Assembly (NCBI GenBank): GCA_023379025.1
Contig: JAMCTH010000003.1
Coordinates: 169,259 to 233,258 of the forward strand
Reading direction: 5' to 3'
Origin: Patescibacteria group bacterium
GTDB lineage: Bacteria > Patescibacteriota > Microgenomatia > UBA10105 > UBA927
DNA length: 64,000 nt
This document shows positions 56,524 through 64,000 of this stretch, in pieces; within the stretch, counting starts at the first letter, position 1; each line of letters begins with the position of its first letter. A program made the position numbers and the translations under genes. The notes below the pieces were generated by a model. That model saw only the letters and a list, made by a program, of their open reading frames with translations, did not search any database and was not told the origin of the DNA.

Positions 56524-57147
56524 TCAGCGCTCTTTCCTGATAATCAGAAAACTCTCCCTCGGACCGGGCACAAGTCCTTGTACCGTAATTGTGTGTGTAT
56601 TACTATCGACAGCAACGACGGAAAGCCCGCGTACCGTGACGCGGTCATTCCCCATCCGGCCGGCCATCCGTTTGCCGCGGTATACCCGGCCCGGGGTCGT
56701 CGTTTGCCCGATGGATCCCGGCGCACGCTCCCGGTCGGATTGGCCGTGCGTCCTCGGACCTCCTGCAAAACCATGGCGTTTCACTCCTCCCGCAAACCCC
56801 TTCCCTTTGGAAATTCCCGACACCATGATGCGGTCTCCCGGCGAAAAAATATCCGCGATGTGCACTTCAGTACCCGGTTTATCCTGTTCACCGATCTCTG
56901 ATACCTTGACAGACCGTAAAAAACGGAGCTTTTGTGGAAGCCCCGCCTTTTTTTGGTGTCCCTCCTGCGCTTTCGTGAGGTGTTTTGCAATGCCGAACCC
57001 GATCTCGATACGTTTGAGGGACGGCGTATGCTCTACCCGGGTAATCCAAGAGGGACCTGCAACGATCGTCGTGACGGGTATCCTCCGGCCGTCGCCGGTA
57101 AATCGTTGTCCCTGTTCTTTCTTATATCCGAGAAGTGATGTAAGCAT
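56524..57147 (-). CDS. rplC: 50S ribosomal protein L3
   Basis: Start at MLTSLLGYKKEQGQRFTGDGRRIPVTTIVAGP. A terminator-like hairpin upstream lies inside the longer track ORF. Confidence 0.85.
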   Translation of the reverse strand: MLTSLLGYKKEQGQRFTGDGRRIPVTTIVAGPSWITRVEHTPSLKRIEIGFGIAKHLTKAQEGHQKKAGLPQKLRFLRSVKVSEIGEQDKPGTEVHIADIFSPGDRIMVSGISKGKGFAGGVKRHGFAGGPRTHGQSDRERAPGSIGQTTTPGRVYRGKRMAGRMGNDRVTVRGLSVVAVDSNTHTITVQGLVPGPRESFLIIRKER

Positions 57148-57184
57148 AGTATGTATTGGAATATGTATGACCCGTCCATGTTCA

Positions 57185-57209
57185 CAAAAAAGCGACCTCG
57201 GCTGAGGTC
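57185..57209 (-). terminator. Attenuator/terminator-like hairpin between rpsJ and rplC (CGACCTC-agcc-GAGGTCG + U6 on the minus strand)
   Basis: 7-bp GC-rich stem followed by TTTTTT in the transcript sense, located in the 180-nt rpsJ-rplC spacer. Confidence 0.4.
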
Positions 57210-57326
57210 GTTCCAAACCCATCCGAGACTTTTGGCGTACCCTAGAATATGACGTGTCCGACGGTCATACAGGCGATAGAAGTATACCAAAGTATCTGCG
57301 AAAACTCCAATGACTGCCTCTGCATC

Positions 57327-57635
57327 TCACATTTTAATCTCTACATCCACCCCCGCGGGCAGATCCAGATGCATGAGCTGGTCTATGGTTTTATCTGTCG
57401 GTTCTATAATATCAATAAGCCGCTTATGCGTTTTAATCATAAAGTCCTCACGGCTGTTCCGGTCGATAAACGGGCTCCGGGCAACATTAAAATGTGCCGT
57501 ATCCGTCGGAAGCGGAATCGGCCCCACGACACGGGCACCCGTCCGTACGGCGGTATCCAATATCCGCTGACAGCAGTCATCAATGACGCGGCTGTCATAC
57601 GCTTTTAAACGTACACGTATTCTTCCTTTTGGCAT
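57327..57635 (-). CDS. rpsJ: 30S ribosomal protein S10
   Basis: [15 protein letters not shown]... Confidence 0.9.
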   Translation of the reverse strand: MPKGRIRVRLKAYDSRVIDDCCQRILDTAVRTGARVVGPIPLPTDTAHFNVARSPFIDRNSREDFMIKTHKRLIDIIEPTDKTIDQLMHLDLPAGVDVEIKM

Positions 57636-57689
57636 GGCGTAAGACTGTCCTCGACAGGTACACGACAGGATGTAACGGATCTCTCAGAT

Positions 57690-58877
57690 TCAGGCGATAA
57701 TTTTCGTCACGACGCCGGCGCCTACCGTATGCCCGCCTTCACGGACAGCAAACCGGACGCCTTCTTCAAGGGCAACCGGTACGATAAGCTTGACCGTCAT
57801 CTTCGTACTGTCTCCGGGCATCACCATCTCGACTCCCTGGGGAAGGGCAACCTCTCCGGTGACATCCGTCGTCCGTATGTAGAACTGCGGGCGGTACCCC
57901 GTAAAGAAGGGCGTGTGTCGTCCGCCTTCTTCTTTGGCGAGAATGTAGACTTCCGCTTCAAACTCCGTATGGGGCTTGACCGTGCCGGGAGCCGCCAATA
58001 CCTGACCGCGCTCCACCTGGTCTTTCTCTATCCCCCGGAGGAGGACGCCGATATTGTCTCCCGCCTGGCCTTCGTCCAGAAGCTTCCGGAACATCTCAAC
58101 GCCGGTGACGACGGTCGACTGCGTCGGCCGGATGCCGACTATTTCCATCGTGTCATTCACCTTTACCTTCCCGCGCTCAACCCGGCCGGTCACAACCGTA
58201 CCCCTTCCTTTGATGGAAAATACATCTTCTATCGGCATAAGGAACGGTTTGTCGAGGTCGCGGATAGGCGTCGGTATATACTCATCTACCGCCTTCATGA
58301 GATCAAGGATCGCTTTTTCCGCTTCCGGGTCTCCCTGAATTGCCTTCAGAGCGCTGCCCCGGATGACGGGGACCTTGTCGCCCGGGAACTTGTACTTGGT
58401 CAGAAGCTCGCGCACTTCCATCTCCACGAGATCGAGAAGTTCTTTGTCCTGCACCATGTCGCACTTGTTCATGAAGACGACGATGGCCGGCACGTTCACC
58501 TGACGCGCAAGGAGGATGTGCTCCCTGGTTTGCGGCATGGGGCCGTCCGGCGCGGATACGACGAGGATCGCCCCGTCCATCTGAGCGGCACCCGTAATCA
58601 TGTTTTTGATATAATCCGCGTGACCCGGGGCATCAATGTGCGCATAATGGCGCGTATCCGTTTCGTATTCGGAATGGTGGATATTGATCGTGACGCCGCG
58701 CGCTTTTTCTTCCGGCGCGTTATCTATTTCTTCGTATTTGAGGGCTTTGGCCTTTCCCTGTTTGGCCAATACGTGGGTAATTGCCGAGGTCAGGGTGGTT
58801 TTCCCGTGGTCAACATGACCGATGGTACCGATATTGAGATGCGGTTTGCTGCGCGCGTACTTTTGTTGATCTGCCAT
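57690..58877 (-). CDS. tuf: Elongation factor Tu
   Basis: [22 protein letters not shown]; 395 aa. Confidence 0.95.
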   Translation of the reverse strand: MADQQKYARSKPHLNIGTIGHVDHGKTTLTSAITHVLAKQGKAKALKYEEIDNAPEEKARGVTINIHHSEYETDTRHYAHIDAPGHADYIKNMITGAAQMDGAILVVSAPDGPMPQTREHILLARQVNVPAIVVFMNKCDMVQDKELLDLVEMEVRELLTKYKFPGDKVPVIRGSALKAIQGDPEAEKAILDLMKAVDEYIPTPIRDLDKPFLMPIEDVFSIKGRGTVVTGRVERGKVKVNDTMEIVGIRPTQSTVVTGVEMFRKLLDEGQAGDNIGVLLRGIEKDQVERGQVLAAPGTVKPHTEFEAEVYILAKEEGGRHTPFFTGYRPQFYIRTTDVTGEVALPQGVEMVMPGDSTKMTVKLIVPVALEEGVRFAVREGGHTVGAGVVTKIIA

Positions 58878-58943
58878 AGTCCTCCTTTTTACAAAAAATC
58901 ACTCCGCCCTATGGAAAGAGCGTATGATGCATTCTACCATAGG

Positions 58944-61049
58944 CTATACGTGTTTGGCAATAATCTTCTCCGCGATGTTTCTCGGGACTTCTTCGTAATG
59001 GCTTGGTTCCATGTAATACGTCGCTCTGCCTTTGGACATACTCCGCAGAGTCGTCGCATAGCCGGATAGCTCCGCAAGCGGTACCATAGCCATAATAACG
59101 GTGACGGTCCCACGCTTTTGCGTTCCGAGAATCTGCGCGCGTTTGGCGCCGAGGTCGCCGATCACATCGCCCATAAATTCATCGGGTGTCGTCACCTCGG
59201 TCTTCATGATCGGTTCGAGAAGCACGGGTTGCGCCTGCTTTACCGCGCTCTGAAGCGCCATACTCCCCGCTATTTTAAAGGCTATTTCCGAACTGTCGAC
59301 ATCGTGATAGGTGCCGTCATAGAGCGTCACCGTCATATCGACCATGGTGTACCCTGCCAGGACGCCGTTTTCCATCGATTCCTTAACGCCTTTCTCAACG
59401 GCAGGGATGAACTCGTTGGGAATCGCGCCTCCTTTTATGGCATCGACAAATTCATACCCCTCCCCGCGGTTCTTCGGTTCAACCCGGAGGAAACAGTGCC
59501 CGTATTGGCCCCGTCCGCCGGACTGGCGGATGTATTTTCCCTCCCCCTCAGCCGTGGCTTTGATGGTTTCCTTGTACGCAACCTGCGGCGCGCCGACATT
59601 GGCATCCACCTTAAACTCCCGTTTCATCCGGTCCACGAGGATCTCGAGGTGCAGCTCTCCCATGCCCCAGATAATCGTCTGGTTCGTTTCCAGATTGGAT
59701 TTGATTTTGAACGTCGGATCTTCTTCCGCAAGCCGCTGAAGGGCGTATCCCATTTTTTCCTGGTCGTTTTTGGTTTTGGGCTCAATGGCGAGCGAAATGA
59801 CCGGATCGGGGAAGGAAATTTTTTCGAGGATAATGGGGCGGCCGGCGGCGCAAATGGTATCACCCGTAATCGTGTCCTTGAACCCGACCACTGCCACGAT
59901 TTCCCCCGCATATGCTTCTTTAATTTCCTCGCGCTGGTTTGCGTGCATAAGAAGCAGTCTGCCGACCCGTTCCTGCACACCTTTGGTGGAATTATACGTG
60001 TAGGAACCGGAGGCAAGCGTGCCTGAATAGATGCGCACGTAGGTAAGTTTTCCGACATGGGGGTCAATCTGGATCTTAAACGCAAGTCCGGAAAGCGCCT
60101 CTTCGTTGACCCGTTTTCTCGTTTCTTTCTCTCCGGTTTTGGGGTGTGTCCCTTCAACCGGCGGCAAATCCAAGGGGGACGGCAGGTAATCAATAACCGC
60201 GTCCAGAAGCGGCTGGACGCCTTTGTTCCGGAGGCTCGAGCCGGCATAGACCGGAACGAGTTTGTATGCAATGACGGCGCGACGGAGCGCTGCCTTGAGT
60301 TCATCGACTGACGGCTCAACACCGTCAAGATACTTCGCAAGAAGCGTATCATCCGTTTCCGATATGCGTTCTATCAGGTCGTGCCTGCTTTTCCCGACCG
60401 CTGCCTTGAGTTTTTCCGGGATAGTGTCCGATACCTCAAATTGTGCGCCCAATGCATCACTGCCCCAGACATACACTTTTCCCCCCAGAAGATCCACGAT
60501 TCCCTTAAAGTCATGCTCTTTCCCTATGGGCTCCACCATAACGGCAGTTCTTGCTCCGAGACGTTCTTCGATGGATGCGATGGTGCTTCTGAAATCCGCG
60601 CCGATCTTATCCATCTTATTGATGAAACAGAGCCGCGGGACCTTGTATTTATCCGCCTGATGCCAGACGGTTTCGGACTGGGACTGAACCCCCTCCTCCG
60701 CATCCAGGACCGTAATGCCGCCGTCCAATACGCGCAGACTGCGCTCAACTTCCGCGGTAAAGTCCACGTGTCCGGGTGTGTCGATGATGTTAAAGCGGTA
60801 ATTTTTCCAGAAGGTGGTGGTGGCCGCAGAAACGATGGTAATCCCGCGCTCGCGCTCCTGTTCCATCCAGTCCATGACCGTCGTCCCCTCATCGATATCC
60901 CCGATTTTGTAACTTCTGCCGGTATAAAAGAGGATGCGTTCGGTGGTTGTTGTTTTTCCCGCGTCAATATGCGCAATAATGCCGATATTGCGCACTTTAT
61001 CCAGAGGAACATCGCGGTTGAGCGTGAGCTGTGTTTGCGGTTGGGCCAT
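58944..61049 (-). CDS. fusA: Elongation factor G
   Basis: [24 protein letters not shown]. Start at MAQPQTQL. Confidence 0.9.
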   Translation of the reverse strand: MAQPQTQLTLNRDVPLDKVRNIGIIAHIDAGKTTTTERILFYTGRSYKIGDIDEGTTVMDWMEQERERGITIVSAATTTFWKNYRFNIIDTPGHVDFTAEVERSLRVLDGGITVLDAEEGVQSQSETVWHQADKYKVPRLCFINKMDKIGADFRSTIASIEERLGARTAVMVEPIGKEHDFKGIVDLLGGKVYVWGSDALGAQFEVSDTIPEKLKAAVGKSRHDLIERISETDDTLLAKYLDGVEPSVDELKAALRRAVIAYKLVPVYAGSSLRNKGVQPLLDAVIDYLPSPLDLPPVEGTHPKTGEKETRKRVNEEALSGLAFKIQIDPHVGKLTYVRIYSGTLASGSYTYNSTKGVQERVGRLLLMHANQREEIKEAYAGEIVAVVGFKDTITGDTICAAGRPIILEKISFPDPVISLAIEPKTKNDQEKMGYALQRLAEEDPTFKIKSNLETNQTIIWGMGELHLEILVDRMKREFKVDANVGAPQVAYKETIKATAEGEGKYIRQSGGRGQYGHCFLRVEPKNRGEGYEFVDAIKGGAIPNEFIPAVEKGVKESMENGVLAGYTMVDMTVTLYDGTYHDVDSSEIAFKIAGSMALQSAVKQAQPVLLEPIMKTEVTTPDEFMGDVIGDLGAKRAQILGTQKRGTVTVIMAMVPLAELSGYATTLRSMSKGRATYYMEPSHYEEVPRNIAEKIIAKHV

Positions 61050-61133
61050 AGAGTGACAGAAAACAAAAAACTGCCTCCGCCGGAAGCAGTTCTGCTTCAA
61101 TCATTGCATTGTACCGGATTGCCGGCGGTTTGT

Positions 61134-61865
61134 CTAGGTAAGATTGCCCCGAAGGAGGATGGAAATATCGTCCTTCTGGGTCTTTTTTTCATCAATCGCA
61201 AGATATAGATTCTCTAGAAACTGTTGTTGCGACCGGGGTTGTTGCGCTATGCTTGCAATCCGATTGATTTCTTCAAGAGAGAGAACATCTCGCATGCCGT
61301 CGGTGATGAACAACACCGGGGTTGCAGACGATAGAATCAGCATGTCCGGGGTACAACTGTAAGGATCTCCTTCCTGTTTTAATGATGAATTACCGAAAAA
61401 CCGTGCGACATTGCTGTTATAAACCGCCGGGTCAAGCCTATGGTCAGATATTTCCTCGGGTTGTAGCCATTGCCCTCCATTCCAGGTATAGGTCGACACA
61501 TCGCCGACGGAAACCACCAGATCCTGGGCTGCAGTATGTATGAAAAACACGCCGACGGCTGTCGCGTAATTCGGAAATTGTTCAAATACCAGTCTGTCCA
61601 TTTCCCCTGTTGCGTATGTGGCTTTCTCCTGCGGTGATTCCTGGGTTGCTGCACGGTAAAGCTTGGGAAATGTTGCGGCCACGAGTTCGGCGACCTGACG
61701 TCCGGGCTGATCACCGGGAAGATATGCCGTATCATTCCATCCGTCGACAATTGCAGCTGCATACTCCCCTTTTCCCGTCCAATGCAGCCGCATGACATCC
61801 TGGTTGCGGACGGCGGGAATCTGCACATACGCAAGCTGGTATTCAGGGATAAACTGAGCGACCAT
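61134..61865 (-). CDS. PP2C-family (SpoIIE-like) Ser/Thr phosphatase-like protein
   Basis: AIVDGWND... and LFITDGMRD motifs consistent with the PP2C metal-binding aspartates. Weak. Confidence 0.45.
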   Translation of the reverse strand: MVAQFIPEYQLAYVQIPAVRNQDVMRLHWTGKGEYAAAIVDGWNDTAYLPGDQPGRQVAELVAATFPKLYRAATQESPQEKATYATGEMDRLVFEQFPNYATAVGVFFIHTAAQDLVVSVGDVSTYTWNGGQWLQPEEISDHRLDPAVYNSNVARFFGNSSLKQEGDPYSCTPDMLILSSATPVLFITDGMRDVLSLEEINRIASIAQQPRSQQQFLENLYLAIDEKKTQKDDISILLRGNLT

Positions 61866-62011
61866 ACGGGTGTTGATCCATTATACTCATTTCGCTTGGC
61901 TTTTTTTACGTACCTCTTTTGAGTACCATGCGCGGTCACCGGCACGCCTCAGCCGTATTATTGTATGATATCGTACAGATCGCCGGACGGAAAAACGGCT
62001 ATGATGGATCC

Positions 62012-62461
62012 ATGAAAAACAAAACAGCCCTGACATCCGGTGTAGCGCTCAATCGGGCACTCTTTCTCCTCTCGCTTCTTGGTATCGCGATAGCCGTCTA
62101 TGTCCTCGAAGGGTGGCTGCGGAAAAGTTCCCTGATCTGTCTGACCGGCGGCGGGTGCGCCCTTGTCCAAAAAAGCCCGTACAGCTACCCGTTCGGCATA
62201 CCCGTTCCCGCAATCGGGCTTCTCGGCTACAGCATCCTTGCAGTTCTGTCGCTTCTTCACACGCTGGGTACGAAACGCTGGATACTCTCCGGGCTCTTGG
62301 GAATGGCAGGCTTCGGCGTTGTGTTTGTCTCCTGGTTTACGTTCATGGAAGTATTTTACATCCGTGGACTCTGTACATGGTGCATCCTTTCCGCCCTCAA
62401 CATGATCATCATATTTATGATCGTGCTCCGTCTCTATCGCCTTGACAAAGGTATACAATAG
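62012..62461 (+). CDS. Vitamin K epoxide reductase (VKOR) family protein
   Basis: CLTGGGCALV...FGIPVPAIGL plus active-site CTWC in the last TM. Start at MKNKTALTSG. Confidence 0.65.
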   Translation: MKNKTALTSGVALNRALFLLSLLGIAIAVYVLEGWLRKSSLICLTGGGCALVQKSPYSYPFGIPVPAIGLLGYSILAVLSLLHTLGTKRWILSGLLGMAGFGVVFVSWFTFMEVFYIRGLCTWCILSALNMIIIFMIVLRLYRLDKGIQ

Positions 62462-62535
62462 AAGAAAAGACACGGGGTCGGGGCAGGGCACTACCTCTTG
62501 CGGGTTTTGTACCGTCCCAGAACAGAGGAGGGACT

Positions 62536-63282
62536 ATGTTTGATTTAACCGGAAAGGTTGCTTTGGTCACCGGAGCCTCAAGCGGCATCGGCCGGGGCAT
62601 CGCATTTGCACTTGCCAGCCAAGGCGCGAAAGTTTCCGTTGCCGCAAGGCGTTTGGACAGACTGGAAGCATTATCGGCAGAACTGAAAGGCAGGAACCAC
62701 GATGTCCTACCCCTCAAAATGGATGTAACGGTACGGACGGAGGTGGATGCCGCTGTTGCGAAAACCATAGAAACATACGGTCACTTGGATATTCTGGTCA
62801 ATAACGCAGGAGCGCTCGATTATTCGCCGTTTCTCGAAATGACGGAAGAAAAATGGGACCTCATCCTCGACACCAACCTCAAGGGCTATTTCTTCATGGC
62901 CCAGGCGGCGGCCCGGGAAATGGCCAAACGGAACTCCGGCCGGATCATCAATATTGCCTCCGTTGCATCCGGCGGGGTCGGAATCGGGTTCCCACAGCTC
63001 GTGCATTACTGCGCAAGCAAGGGCGGGGTTGTCGCCATGACGGAGGCTCTGGCTGCAGAACTCGGTCAATACAATATCCTGGTCAATGCCGTCGGCCCGG
63101 GCGGCATAGAGTCGGAAATGACCAGGGACATGGACGCAGGCTCGATTGCCGGACGGCTCTCGGTCAAGCGGTTGGGGAAACCCGCCGAAATCGCTGCCGC
63201 CGTGGTATACCTTGCGTCGGACGAAGCAAGCTATACAACCGGTGCGACACTCTATGTGGACGGCGGATGGCTCGCGCAATAA
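62536..63282 (+). CDS. SDR-family oxidoreductase (FabG-like)
   Basis: TGASSGIGRGIA Rossmann motif, NNAG, S...YxxxK catalytic pattern (YCASKGG). RBS GAGGAGGG. Confidence 0.8.
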   Translation: MFDLTGKVALVTGASSGIGRGIAFALASQGAKVSVAARRLDRLEALSAELKGRNHDVLPLKMDVTVRTEVDAAVAKTIETYGHLDILVNNAGALDYSPFLEMTEEKWDLILDTNLKGYFFMAQAAAREMAKRNSGRIINIASVASGGVGIGFPQLVHYCASKGGVVAMTEALAAELGQYNILVNAVGPGGIESEMTRDMDAGSIAGRLSVKRLGKPAEIAAAVVYLASDEASYTTGATLYVDGGWLAQ

Positions 63283-63324
63283 AGCCCACCACAGAGGAAA
63301 AAGCTGCCCGCGGGATCCTGAGCT

Positions 63325-63633
63325 TCACGGTGTCCAGAGGCAGGTATGCAAATCTACTTTGTAGGTCCTTACCGTAACTCCCTCGGACCGAAGTTTTTGT
63401 GCCTGGGCGTTCATTCCTCCAAAGGCATACCCCCGGGCTACGTATCCCAGACGATTCACTACCCGGTGACAGGGAATATGTTCGGGATCCGGGTTACGAT
63501 GGAGTATTTGTCCTACAGTGCGGGGGTTTTTGACCCTTGCAAGCAGGGCTACCCCTTTGTATGTGAGAACGTGACCCCGCGGAATCTGCCTCACAACGGT
63601 AAATACCCGCTCTCTGGGACGCCTTGTATTCAT
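63325..63633 (-). CDS. MGMT-family (O6-alkylguanine-DNA alkyltransferase C-terminal domain) protein
   Basis: Active-site signature IPCHRVV within a 102-aa winged-helix-sized protein. Confidence 0.6.
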   Translation of the reverse strand: MNTRRPRERVFTVVRQIPRGHVLTYKGVALLARVKNPRTVGQILHRNPDPEHIPCHRVVNRLGYVARGYAFGGMNAQAQKLRSEGVTVRTYKVDLHTCLWTP

Positions 63634-64000
63634 TTGTATGCTATATTACATTGTACCATAGGAGACCGTAGCATCACGCCCCGGGTTGACGGTGCAGAGA
63701 CCGAACTCTCTGCGTTTACCCCCGGCTGACGGGAGGTGCGACAGCACTTCAGTAGGTCAGGTCCGGAAAATTGCGGCACCGGCCGTTATGCCCTGCTTTC
63801 AGTTCCGGAACGGGCGGGGCGCCTTCTTCAAGAAACGCCGTGATATCCAGAAGAAACGGTGCAGTCAGCGCATCTATCCGTGACCCGGGCGTAAGCGGTG
63901 CAAGACAGTGGTCCAGATCGTCTATAGTATAGAGGTCTGCTTCGCATATCTGTTCATCAGTCCATCCCCGTGCTTTGGCATAAAAGCTATTCCTGTCGGC

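Noticed and set aside
57729-59069. 446-aa plus-strand ORF
   Set aside because: Antisense to tuf. No motifs.
59118-61208. Two plus-strand ORFs (302 and 275 aa)
   Set aside because: Antisense to fusA.
63686-63883. 65-aa plus-strand ORF at the window edge
   Set aside because: Arg-rich, no signals. Likely noncoding, or part of an incomplete gene beyond the window.

Overview
This 64 kb window looks like a chromosomal segment of a Patescibacteria/CPR-like bacterium, about 55% GC. The right half (about 40.5 to 61.1 kb, minus strand) is a single contiguous str/S10/spc/alpha ribosomal superoperon: fusA-tuf-rpsJ-rplCDWB-rpsS-rplV-rpsC-rplP-rpmC-rpsQ-rplNXE-rpsN(type Z)-rpsH-rplFR-rpsE-rplO-secY-adk-cmk-map-infA-rpmJ-rpsMK-rpsD-rpoA-rplQ-rplM-rpsI. 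L30 is absent between rpsE and rplO, which is typical of CPR. rpsL and rpsG are not upstream of fusA. The left half carries housekeeping genes: era, gltX, an aspS fused to a YbaK-like editing domain, recJ, cca, secDF, a yifB/comM-like ATPase, RNase P RNA, miaA/miaB, hup, rny, recX and recA. It also contains two accessory patches. The first (about 24.7 to 32.6 kb) is an ABC-2 exporter locus in which an ABC ATPase plus a permease pair is followed by a zinc-ribbon gene and a large cysteine-periodic repeat protein. A VirB4/VirD4/HerA-like P-loop ATPase lies convergent to these, and a second paralogous permease pair follows. This is my best candidate for an undescribed system. The second patch (about 35.9 to 37.6 kb) is a low-GC island around tRNA-Pro(GGG) that carries a four-helix-bundle gene of the 23S-rRNA-intervening-sequence family, an unknown gene and a frameshifted GIY-YIG gene. 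A second, frameshifted 4HB gene with GAAATTGG inverted-repeat arms sits between era and gltX. Other points are an orphan promoter-to-terminator unit at 7.27 to 7.46 kb (sRNA candidate), an attenuator-like terminator between rpsJ and rplC, and a recurring CGTTAGTTCG-type intergenic motif. All coordinates come from manual reading of the sequence and the ORF track. Start codons are chosen by homology reasoning and are approximate.
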